A stretch of DNA of 64,000 bases, taken from contig JAQGDQ010000255.1 in assembly GCA_030141605.1 (NCBI GenBank), forward strand, positions 119,746-183,745. Reading direction: 5' to 3'. Position 1 is the stretch's first letter; every line of letters starts with the position of its first letter. The notes under the pieces are model-generated. The model was given only the letters and a program-made list of their open reading frames with translations, had not been told where the DNA came from and did no database searches. This document shows, piece by piece, positions 26,871 through 39,015 of the stretch. A program made the position numbers and the translations under genes. The stretch comes from Tubiluchus corallicola (taxonomy: Eukaryota; Animalia; Priapulida).

Positions 26871-27455
26871 TGCCCATTTTACACAGAGGACGCAAGGAGA
26901 ATGACGCGCGGAATCGTTATCAGAAAATTTTGAAGTTTTTCTCGACAACGCATGCAGCAGGAAAATTCATTTCACACAGAAACCGCGCGGTTTCTTACGC
27001 GCGTCCTGCACGTCCCAGTATTCAGTGTCTTTACAGGTTGCAATTAATAGAAATTACAAGCAATAAGTTTTACCAATAGTAGGCCTGACCATTTTTAAAT
27101 GAAAAATACTAAACACTTCGCATTTTGGAAATATAAATATATAATAATTACATGTATAAATTAGCTGTTTGTCTTCACGAATATAAACATCACTGCACTA
27201 ATAAAAGAAGAAATCGTCTAAATAATAAAAGACGGATTGAAAGCTTATAATTTTGTGCTAAATTTGTTACTTATTGTTCGCTAAAAAGAAAGAAGGAATC
27301 CTCACAAATGGTATCAAAAGGAAATTTCCTCATGAGGAGGACTCATAATTTCTAGCCGGCGGCAGAATTTCTCACGTGTTCCATTTCCGTAACAAATGCC
27401 GCAAGGAATTTTTTCTCTAGCAATTTTGCCGCGCGTCCTCAGTGTGAAACGGGCC
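26871..27455. mobile_element. Degenerate PIF/Harbinger-like MITE (or two fragments) in Islet intron 5
   Basis: Left TGCCCATTTTACACAGAGGACGC vs right GCGTCCTCAGTGTGAAACGGGCC (inverted), flanked by TTA/TAA. Confidence 0.55.
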
Positions 27456-29574
27456 TAACACTAATGTTTCTTGAAGGTAGTGCAACAGCTAAACTTAAAA
27501 CATTAATCAGTTCCACAGAAAAGCATCGTGCATGATAGTTTACCCTACATTGAGCTGATACATTGTCAGGTCCAGTAGGAAAGCTTAATAATATTGCTGC
27601 ATCGTGCAAACGTACAGTAAAAACAGCAATTAATTTAAAAGGTATAGCACACAATAGCCGCCTGGTACATTGTAATATAACACGGTTATGCTTTCAAGTT
27701 TTTATCGATTGCACCGCCACCTTTTACGTTTGAGAAGAATTTACTCGAGAATTTAGTCAGTAGTAACTGTAGTATAAGTTTGAAACTAGTATTTGAAATG
27801 AGGGAAGTTTGTTGAAAAATAAAACTTTTGCATGCAGCATGCTACATGTACCTATTAAACACATTTTTAACTTAATTACATTCGCGTGATACTATAGAGT
27901 TATGATTCGAAAGTTTTAGTTCTCAATGATTTAGCGGCACATTATTATCTACACATTCACGATACGAACTACTTTATATAAATTTCAGAGGTAGACAGAT
28001 AAATTGCTAATTTTTGAAATCAAAAGTTAAATTTCCAGAAAAAAACAAGTTAGATATATTTGTACGTCAGTATTAGTACATATTTTTATTAAATACGTCG
28101 GGCTTTTAAAAATTTAACGTAATTAATGTACTTCTCTCTATACTGTACTTATAAATTTTGCGTTTAGTATTTTGCTTTGATACCATTTTTCAGCTGATAA
28201 AAATTAACTTAGAATAGTCTAATCACACGTAAAGTTAGCAGTAGATGGTTAAACTACATTTGGGCACCCCTATATGTTAGCAGATAAAGAGGTGTCGAGA
28301 GAAACTCAGGATTCCGTTTTAGGGCCTTATATGATTTTCGGGAAAGGTATTCACATCCTTCAAATTTTTCCTATTTTGTATAACAGACATACGTGATTCG
28401 AACTCGCGGCCTAATCACACGGCCCATTACCGCTGCATAAGTTATTCAATAATCCACTACCTTTTCCGAACATTATTGTCAAAACATGCGAGAATACATA
28501 TGAATTCTACCGTTATGTGATGAATATGTAGATTTGAATAAGCTGCTGAGTTATCTCTGCAGTGGAACCAAGCTCTACTCGTGCTTACCACATACAATAT
28601 TTGCAGAAGACTGTTGCTCATGTAAAATCTATTTACAACAAACCCATCGCTTCCTCAGCTTTCGTTTAATTAGGCTCAGCGCCGCCCGGTTCCAGGACCA
28701 GGAGGATTTCAGTTACTCCAGGGCAGTGGGACTCCTTTTCGGATACCCATGGCAGCTCTTGCCCCTTTTATCTGGAAGGTGTCGATTTAATGGCGTCATA
28801 AATTAAGAATTCAAACGGGACTGCTGGTTTCGTGGGTTTTCTTTAAAAAAGACGCTGACGTACGTTTTTATTTGGGTGGTGTGGTGGCTGGGGTTGTGTG
28901 GCTCCGCCCCCAATAGTACTTTACGCAGATTGGAATATGCATTTGTAGCGAAACTTAATATTGTTTTCACAGCATCTTCTTTCTGGCTAATATTAGAGGG
29001 TAAGAGAGAGAGAGAGAGAGAAATGTACCAAAATGCGGTCTGATGGAATGACTACCCAATCCCTGTAAAGCGCTGACACACTGTTGACTTTTATCTTCCT
29101 ACTTTTTACCGTATAACAAAGCAGTGTAAGAATATCACGAAAATTTAAGTTTTTGTTATTCAAAAAAATCACACGATCGTCGTGGTCTTTCTCTGCCAAC
29201 TTTCGTTCAAGACAAATCGTACCTGTGTCGTGGCTTCTTATTTTTGATGAATTCAAAGTAAATTAAGTGCATATTGAACACAGGCTTCCATTGTTTCGAT
29301 AAAATTCAAGTTATGTGTTGTTAATATGCCTACAAAATTAAAAAGTAAAACTTTACTGCATTATTGTTACCCATTTCATGGAAAGTTAAACCGCTTTAGT
29401 CAAACATGTGCCGGTGTCTGAGCTCCATAAAGCTGCATCGCTAAGAGTGTTGTAATGTAAAGAGAGAAAAGGAAACGTCAGCGTTTATTTAACTACACTT
29501 CCCTATAACTCTAACCCCAACAGTTACTTACAATACAGATTAACACGTAATAAACAAAACGAATGGCATTTAAG

Positions 29575-29655
29575 ATTCAATATCCCTTGACGTCCCAGAG
29601 ATTCGAACCCGTGACCGAGACTACTGGTCTACAGTACCCGACATAGACAACCGTT
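29575..29655 (-). mobile_element. tRNA-derived SINE head (degenerate)
   Basis: Minus-strand Pol III B box GGTTCGAATC at 29600-29609 with no complete cloverleaf. A second B-box-like head (AGTTCGAATC) lies at 28395-28404. Confidence 0.45.
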
Positions 29656-30825
29656 TAAGAAATCATTAATGAACTAAGTTTGGGGGCTTTATTAAATACA
29701 ACAGTTAAAAAGACATTGAGAAAAAAGCAGTTAAAATTTCGTTATAATCAGCTATCGTTATAATCGTTATAACCTGTAAGAAAAAATATAGAATTTTGTT
29801 CATAAGGTGACATTCCCTAGCTGTGGGTAATTGCACATATAGCCGCTGATTAAGTCGGCCCAGACCCAGGGAATTAATGCATACATAATCAGCCGTAATA
29901 AATAAATAACATACGCCTGCAAAGTAAATAATTTATCAAAAATCAGTTTTGCAGTTGAGCCATTGGGCATAGTGTAGGCTATGGCGAAATTAGCGTATCA
30001 CCACATTATTTATTTAAGAGTAGGATGGTAGTCAGATCAATTATTTACACCAATCTGCTCGCTATTAATGAAGGGGTCATCACAGAAACTATGTATTCTT
30101 GGTCGAAAAGTGCATTTAAAAATAAAAGGTTTTTTTACGGCAGGATTGATAAGAACAATAAAAGAGTTTCTATATTTCTATACTTATATTTAGTTTGTAA
30201 TGTCGTTATAATTGGCAAAACTAAAATCTCAAAAATTTCTAAAATATTGTGCTTACATTGTTTATAAAATTAAACTATTATTTTTATAATCCTATAAATA
30301 TGCAATCTCAGTGGATTTCCATTACTGTCCATTTTATTATTATGTGGCCTAAGTTTGCAGTCATATATATGAATGTATATATAATCAAACCAAATATCAC
30401 AATCATAACTTTGCGTTATGCAGACAAATTGTTAATATTACTGTTTAATGCATAGCAGAAACTTTTGGAATCTGAACTTGTTTTTCTGGCTAAAATGATG
30501 GCATATGAGTTATACAAGACCGATTCTGCCTTCATCAGTCATACGCTTAATTTTTAAAATGGACGTGATAGTAGAATTTCATTTTTAGACTTTGTCCAAT
30601 GGTTTCTGTGCTTTAGAAAAATAAAATGCTAAATCCCGCAATGACGTTAAAAGCACCGTTTGTCTCCTAACTAACTGAAGTTTTTTATTTCACTAAAATG
30701 TTGTTGTTGTTGTTGTTTGTTGTTGTGGTGGTTTTATAATTACTACTATTTGTTTTCAGCTTTTTAATGGACTGATATGTTGACAGTGGTTAAATAAAGC
30801 TTAATAGAAGCCGTATTTCTTACAG

Positions 30826-30957
30826 ATGCACGGCTTTGGCGATGAACACAATCCTTACGTGAACGGAGATGATAGTCTACACCGACCACCCAGTTCAATG
30901 TCGTCACACATGCCAGGAACACCTTCAGAGCTGTCCAGTCCAAATGGCAGTGAATAG
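30826..30957 (+). CDS. Isl: Islet exon 6 (terminal coding exon)
   Basis: TTCTTACAG acceptor, phase 0, MHGFGDEHNPYVNGDDSLHRPPSSMSSHMPGTPSELSSPNGSE*. Ser/Pro-rich tail resembles the ISL1 ...SSQLPDTPNSMVASP end. Total CDS 1104 nt. Confidence 0.85.
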   Translation: MHGFGDEHNPYVNGDDSLHRPPSSMSSHMPGTPSELSSPNGSE

Positions 30958-32290
30958 CCTTTAGAAGAGATTAGTAGGCTTACTAAAATATGGCAGAAGA
31001 TAAGCATCAGTCGATTCGCTAGTGTGCTCCGTGGCGAGTTAGCCGTGAAACAAACATGGCAATTTGAATGCCGTAGAACAATGGACCAAGTATGGAATTG
31101 AGGTACTCCCGCAAGTGCGCGCTGTGTATAACGTGTTGCGTAATGTGATCGTTGTGATTTTGTCTGGTGATTATTGTGATTTTATTATAAATTTATAAAC
31201 ATGACGAAGTTGCATTGTTATACGAGAGAAGCCTTGCGTAAAATTTGCCATTTTCGTTCACTAGGCCTTGCTGCTTTGTGCCAGCTTTCGTTCCAACGTT
31301 ATTATTACTGAACAGTAACTCATGCACTGTTGTGTGTAAAGGTTGTGATAATGGGTTAAATTTTTGGCTTTTTTCTTTATTCGTTTACTTACAGTAGTTA
31401 TCAAATTTTGCTTTGGTTCATGAGAGTGCTTTAATTTTTTTTATAATTTGCTGAAGCCCATGATTGATTAAATAATAATAATTATTATTTATTAAGTTTT
31501 GATGATAAACTGACTTTCTCTTACACCGTCGATACATAATTATAAGATCATGAATCATTGGCGAATATCCATTTTAGATATGCATGTACAAATACACAGA
31601 TTCTAATATCATGATAGCTACACATGTGATCTTTTGTTTATCACAGTGATGGCCTCTGTATTAGAGCCAAGACCGTGACCTTATACACAGGTTTACTGCT
31701 TACTGTAAAACTTGAGTCAATTCACTGCATGTGAAGTGAATTTGTATTAATAATTTCACTTTATACCACTGATTAAAGGAACAAAACTGCTGATAAATGT
31801 TTTTTATTAGTAATTTAAGTTATTTGACTTCTTTAATTAAATTTTATTATGTATATGTAAAGTAATTATTGAGTCTTATTTAATTACTTCAGCAAGGATT
31901 CTAGTAATAAGAAAATTTCTTTTCACGCCAAGGAAATTTACATGAAAACAATTATTACGAATGCATGATAAGGGTGATTACATGAAATAACAATTTTTAC
32001 ATATACGCAGTAACACTGGAATTTTTATCAAACCATAAACTGTGATTATTTTAAATGTTCTAGGTCCGCTAAATGCGCTAATAAGGGTTTATCGATCGAC
32101 TGCGAAAAGAACAAGTTCTCAAGTTTATAATTTTATTTGTATTAAATACAATTAAATGTCACGTGTGAATTAATAAAATCGGCATCGGCAACAGAGAAAG
32201 TGTAAGATTAAATAAATTTCGCATTCGGCCGAAAGGCAAACGCAATTTAATTATGCAAAAAAACGAATTCAATAAAATTTCGAAATCAAA
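30958..32290 (+). other. Probable Islet 3'UTR with clustered AATAAA signals
   Basis: U-rich sequence after the stop, AATAAA at about 32172, 32211 and 32271. The true end cannot be determined. Confidence 0.45.
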
Positions 32291-32564
32291 TTTGATTTTA
32301 GGAAGCTGAACAATGATTATTTTCACTGCTGATTGGTGTTTCTGATGCGGTACAGGCTTAACTGTGAGTTACTGGACGGTTTACAACTGCTTATAGCCTT
32401 GGGGTGTACTTAGGCTAGTGGATGAATAATGGATGGAAATATATTAAATCTGCTTCCAACTGTACTCTGCTTAATTGCTTTGAAAAATACAGCATATAGT
32501 TTACTGTAGTTTCCCAGAAACAAAAAGCGCTTTCTGGAGAGTGCAACTGAATGACAAAATACTG

Positions 32565-32770
32565 GATGAATGAATGTATGTTTCAATGAATAAACGAATG
32601 AATGAATGAATGAATGAATGAATGAATGAATGAATGAATGAATGAATGAATGAATGAGTGGATGAATGACTGAATGGATGAATGAATGAATGAAATGAAT
32701 AAATGCACGAACTTATTAACAAAAGAACAAGCGGCAAATGAACGAACAAACAGACAAACAAACAAGCAAG
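32565..32770. repeat. (ATGA)n and (AAAC)n microsatellites
   Basis: Directly visible. Confidence 0.95.
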
Positions 32771-34989
32771 TGGCCTTTAATTACAATCAAGCAAACAGTG
32801 CAGCAAAACAACTTATTTTGTTTTTATTCTTTTTTGAATAAAATTCTTTCTGAATGACTTTCGTGAATAACTGAAATTTTCTTCTCATTTTGCAAGTTTT
32901 TTAAGGTATAGGCCTAGCACATGCATGGATGAAATGCATAATTATGCTTTACAATTAGCCATTGTTCCTGGTAGTCATATACCATTGCAAAATCTGTAAA
33001 TGACCACTAGCCCCATTATCAGAAAAAAATCTAGCATCCACTGATAATAGACCAGCTCCCTTGGTTTTAAAATTTATTGTCTCGGACGATGCGTGAAGTT
33101 ACTATTTTTTCCGTATAAGTAGTGATATATTTTGTAGTTTTTTAACTACAAACTTAAAATGGTGTAGTTGATTTTGAATTGATAGCTAAAGATTTATTGG
33201 TTAATTTCAAAACAACTACTTTGTTATATTGTTTGTTACAAGGGCTGACGGTCGTATTTTATGGTAAATTTATTAATTCGACGCACTTTATGCATGAGCT
33301 TAAATTAATTTTTCTTTTTGTGTAAAAATGCCAATTAAAAACACCCATTGTAACTTGAATGTGATTTTAGCAGATATGATTTCTTATTTTCGATTACGCA
33401 CTGCACGGCATTGTAAATTTGTTGTTTAATGTCTACTATATTAATATGTGTTATTTATAAACTGTGTTTACTTCAACATTTGTCTATACAATGTGAATTA
33501 TATATGATATAATATAATTATAATAATTATTATACAATGACTGTATATAGAAATATGTTAATTACCGTTTATATATTAAAGAGGAAGTCAAAAATAGGTA
33601 GTCATCTTTGTTAACGAATAATGGTTGGTTGCTTTTTGATGTCTTACTCTCTCTGCATTTTACAAAAAAACACATACATCTTGTTTATAGAGGGCGCGTT
33701 ATGTATACCTAAATGGCCGACATTTTGTGGTAAGCTGCAAATGTTTTTACATAGTCAACTCAGGCCATTTTTTGTTTTCTTATATGGCAAGAATGCGTTT
33801 TCTGCTAAATTAAAAGAATAATGTGTACACAATGCACCTTTAATTACACTGAACTGCTAGAATGGATCGGAATTAACAATTGTTTTTGGTTATACATTTC
33901 GATTTTCATGTATAACGCAAATAATGTGTCCCAATTTATTTTAAAAATAGTTCAATTTATAATTTATAACGATGTAATAATTATTGTGAACAACTTTAGT
34001 TAAAACAGTAAAATTTATGCGATGCTATTATATACCCTTTGTTTGGAGCATAAATGAATTTTATTGTCATTGGTATAAAATGATTTGTTTTTGTTTTTTC
34101 TGACTTTTGTAACGCTAGACTGTACGTATGAAAAAATACTAAATTTATATACATGTGATGTATACGTGAGATCCCGTAGCGCAAGGGCCTGTTATATACA
34201 CAGTACACAGAAAAACAGTCTATTCTGAATGAAAAACACGTGCTTTATGAATGCCAAAAGTTGAACCTATTTCTCAGTTAATGGTAATTTCTAATATTAC
34301 TTTTTATAACGCTAGGAAAAATTTATTGCTTTTAACATACAAAGTACGTAATATGTAAATTACGCCCTACAATAGCGGCCTATTACAGTTTTAAGAATTA
34401 ACACAATGATTTGAATTTAATCTAATAATATTCTTCGGTAAACAACTTAATAAAAATCAATATTTTAACTTATTCATATTTTCAATTAGCAGTAGATACA
34501 CTATGAGATAATAAAGACGCATACGATCACAGACAAACGTATTTATCTATGGACGCAATATGATCTACATCATTGTGTCAAATAGATGCTAATATAAGCT
34601 GAGAAGAGTAAAATATTCAAACAAAAGATAATGACGGCTGATGAAAATGATAAAGTCGCCGATTGTAACAGAATGAAGCAGTAATTAAATTTTAAATGAT
34701 TAATGGGACTACGTACAGTGCGTACGAATTTGCCTCTAAATTATTCACGAACTTCAGACTGACTTTGCTCAATGAAATCGGCTAAAGTATAGGTCTATAC
34801 AAGTTGTTGGTGTTATACTATTGCACTAATGCAGTTAGATATTGTCACAAATTTTAACACAAAAATTCATTTTCAAAATTGCTGGTCTGTCAGTTAGTAG
34901 AACTTACAGTAATAGAAATGTGTAATTTCTGCACTTTTAAATATTTAATTTAAGTATATTTAAATATTAAATTTAAGTATTTAAAAATT

Positions 34990-34993
<4 letters not shown>

Positions 34994-35043
<50 letters not shown>
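34994..35043. repeat. (TA)n microsatellite
   Basis: Directly visible. Confidence 0.97.
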
Positions 35044-35045
<2 letters not shown>

Positions 35046-36309
35046 AGCTATTTTTGCGCGAATTTTTATTCAGTGTCCAGTGTCCAGAATTTTAATATAC
35101 TGTTAACCTGAATAAATTGCGAAATGACTGTTGAAATTCCGCTAAAACTTGGTCAAATTTTCAAAAATTCATTTACCAATCCATTTACCAATACCATTTC
35201 AAATACCATTCTTTTATTTTGAAGTATAATCAGTTGTTGCGTACGCGCATAGAATATGCTTACGCTAGGGCAGACAGACGTTTGTTTAAAATCAGTATAA
35301 ATTGTACATTGCTGTACATTATACATTGTACTTTTAGTTGTAATATTACCTATTTCACATATGTATGTATTAAAGGCGGCAAAACTCTATTGAAAAACTG
35401 ATAATCAGCAACGTATCTTTTTATTATTAATACGTTACAAAGATTATGTAAAACAAACGACATTTTATGAAGTTCATACTTAAACATATCGTTTACACAG
35501 AGGTAATTATTTACAAAGATTAAGGGCGTTAGTTTCAAATGTTATGAAACCCACTACGAAGGTATAAAAATCACGCCCTTTCTTGCCAAATTGACGTCAC
35601 ATTATTACATCTCAATGAAAAGCAGCCGTACTGAGAAAAATACGATGTCACTATGGCATATCGCATGTGCGCGTGCAAGGCTTCAGGGCATACTTGTGCG
35701 CTGTAGCAAATGGCTTCACCTTCGAACACTGGCCTTTCCCTATTCCTCAGTCAAGTTTTGTCGAAACCTACTAAAATTCTTAATGTTCAAATGTATGGAA
35801 GCTGCTATTGCTTTGAGGAAAAGTGCCTAAATATACTGAATATATTTTAATCATAATGATAAAGGCAATAATTAGGTAATACTCTTAGCAGGGGTACTTT
35901 CAAGTTTAATAAATGCATTTGCTGTAACATTAAAATTTTAAGTTTTATATGTCAGCCTATTTGAGTACATTTGCAAAACTTAGGATTTCGAACAACACAA
36001 GCTCAAAGTCAGTAGTCAGTTAAAACAAAAAAGTGCGTATTAAAAATGTATAATAATTATGCTGTCTACTGAGTTACAAAATCACTAAGTTGTTCCTACG
36101 CAGGCTATTGCAAAGTCAAATGGCTATTACATTTGGCAGGTGTCGTCATCAGACAATAGCGTTATGTAATGCTTAGAAAAACGCTGTGGTGCGGGTACGT
36201 GTTGTAAATCAGAAAGAAAAAGGTGCTGGCGAACAGGTGATTTGCTGCGAAAATCTCTCGCGAAAAAGCAAAATTTCATGATTTGTTCCTCTGTTGTTTT
36301 CTTTTTTCC

Positions 36310-36465
36310 ATCATTCATTCATTCATTCATTCATTCATTCATTCATTCATTCATTCATTCATTCATCCATCCATCCATCCATCCATCCATCCATTCATCC
36401 ATCCATCCATCCACCCATCCATTCATTCATTTATTCACTCACTTATTCATTCGTTTATTCATTCA
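36310..36465. repeat. (TTCA)n/(TCCA)n microsatellite
   Basis: Directly visible. Confidence 0.95.
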
Positions 36466-36501
36466 CTTATTGCTGGTGCGCTCAGGAATCTTCACCCACC
36501 T

Positions 36502-37355
36502 TGAGGTAGATTACAGCAGTTTTTACTAAACCATGAGGTAGATTACAGCAGTTTTTACCAAACCATGAGGTAGATTACAGCAGTTTTTACTAAACCATGA
36601 GGTAGATTACAGCAGTTTTTACCAAACCATGAGGTGGATTATAGCAGTTTTACTAAACCACGAGGTAGATTATAGCAGTTTTTACTAAACCATGATGTAG
36701 ATTGCAGCAGTTTTTACCAAACCATGAGGTCGATTATAGCAGTTTTACTAAACCATGAGGTAGATTACAGCAGTTTTTACTAAACCATGAGGTAGATTAC
36801 AGCAGTTTTTACTAAACCATGAGGTAGCTTACAGCAGTTTTTACCAAACCATGAGGTAGATTACAGCAGTTTTTACTAAACCATGAGGTAGATTACAGCA
36901 GTTTTTACTAAACCATGAGGTAGATTACAGCAGTTTTTACTAAACCATGAGGTAGCTTACAGCAGTTTTTACCAAACCATGAGGTAGATTACAGCAGTTT
37001 TTACTAAACCATGAGGTAGATTACAGCAGTTTTTACTAAACCATGAGGTAGATCACATCAGATTTTACTAAACCATGAGGTAGATTACAGCAGTTTTTAC
37101 TAAACCATGAGGTAGATTACAGCAGTTTTTACTAAACCATGAGGTAGATTACAGCAGTTTTTACTAAGCCACGAGGTAGATTACAGCAGTTTTTACTAAA
37201 CCATGAGGTAGATTACAGCAGTTTTTACTAAACCATGAGGTAGATTACAGCAGTTTTTACTAAACCATGAGGTAGATTACAGCAGTTTTTACTAAACCAT
37301 GAGGTAGATTACAGCAGTTTTTCACTAAAACACGAGGTAGATTATATCAGTTTTC
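36502..37355. repeat. Minisatellite: 27 copies of a 32-bp unit TGAGGTAGATTACAGCAGTTTTTACTAAACCA
   Basis: Counted by hand. Units abut with no unique spacers, and a decayed unit follows at about 37440-37470. Confidence 0.98.
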
Positions 37356-37847
37356 TCAAGTTACAGCATATTTCGCCTACCACGATATACGTTGCAACAA
37401 ATTTCACCTATTCTTACCTACAACAGTTTTCACTCACTGTGTGGTAGTTTACATCAGTTTTTACTTAAATCGATACTGCAAGAATCCACCCACCAACTAA
37501 ATTAGATTTTGCACGCAGTAGCGCGTGCCAGCATAATCACGGGTGCGTGATGACGGGGGGCAAGGACGACACATTTCCACCATGCCATGTCAGATGGGGA
37601 GCGGAGATGACACGTGCCCAAGCCTCCATTCAGAACAGCAATTAGGCAAATTGAGCAGTAGCCGTGCGAGTCGTTAGGAGACGTGAAACAATTGCCGCTG
37701 TTGTTACTGTTACTGTTGTTGTCACGCTATGCGGGTTGCATGGGAAAATTTGAAAACAGAAGTCTTTATAAGCCGTGAACCTCCTAGTAATGATCTTCTT
37801 TATAAAAATAGCTGATGAAAATAAAATAAGGTAATATAAAAAAGCTG

Positions 37848-37900
<53 letters not shown>

Positions 37901-38022
37901 GAAGAAGAAGAAGAAGAAGAAGGAGAAAAAGAAGAAGAAGAACAACAACAACAATAATAATAATAATAATAATAACAATGACGATTAAGATGATGATGAC
38001 GACGACTACTATAACGACAACA
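37848..38022. repeat. (AAT)n/(AAG)n/(AAC)n compound microsatellite
   Basis: Directly visible. Confidence 0.95.
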
Positions 38023-38682
38023 GTAAAATCCTTATAATATTGTACATGTACAATTGTACAGCAGTTATCACAACCGCGAATAACTAAGGTACCAACGACA
38101 TTGTTTCCACTAGAAACCAGCAAGGTTGGTGATACTTGCCAGTAAATGTCCCCGGCTTAATACTTATCAAGAGTGAGTTTTTTAAATACAGAGTGTGTCA
38201 CATAATAATGTCTTTGGAACTTTGAAACCTATGCAAATTTGAAGCTAACAAGTGTGCAAGTCACAGATTCATTAGCCAAATTAGACTACCTGTTGTTTGA
38301 TTAGCTATATTGACTGACTGTATTTTTAACTAATTTAAATGTCAAGTTCAAGCATTTTCAATATTTTAGTTTAACCTCAAATCTTAGTGCGACGTTAGCG
38401 GCAGTGCACACAGAAGAATTGCCTGTGTGTCTACTTCTGTCAAGGCCATGCCATCGCCACACTGTTTGCTCAGTGCCAAAGTAAATGGACTGGTCGATAT
38501 CGTTGCATCTCTGCTGGTCATACCGTTCAACAATACGACCATTGACCACGACGGACGCCCATATAAGGTGTGGTATTGACCACAATGCAAGAAAATTAAA
38601 GAAGCTAGATTGCTTTGATATCATCAACTGATTAATGTTGAAAGAGCCAAATTATAGGAGTACCAATGGTGGCGGCGAACAG

Positions 38683-38684
38683 TT

Positions 38685-38736
<52 letters not shown>

Positions 38737-39015
38737 TTATTCTTCTCTCTTTCTGTTTCTTTTCTCTTCAGTATCTTATCTCTGTCTGTCTTACTCTCTC
38801 TCTCTCTCTCTTCCTCTCCCTCTCTCTCCTCTTTCTCTCTCTCTCTCCCCCTCTCTCTCTCTCTCTCTCTATCTATCTAACTGTCTGTCCATCCATCCAT
38901 CCATCCATCCATCCATCCATCCATCCATCCATCCATCCATCCATCCATCCATCCATCTCCCTTTCTCTCTGTTTCTTTCTCCCCTTCTCTATCTCTCTCT
39001 CTTTTTCCCTCTTTC
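38683..39015. repeat. (TTTC)n/(TC)n/(TCCA)n pyrimidine-rich compound microsatellite
   Basis: Directly visible. Confidence 0.95.

Noticed and set aside
29575-29655. Functional tRNA gene
   Set aside because: B box present, but no consistent acceptor or anticodon stems, so treated as a SINE head.
36502-37355. CRISPR array
   Set aside because: Units are contiguous with no unique spacers, the context is a eukaryotic intron-containing genome, and there are no cas genes.
36502-37355. Cluster of let-7 miRNA genes on the plus strand
   Set aside because: Only nt 1-8 and the last few bases resemble let-7, and no fold-back arm is present to form a pre-miRNA.
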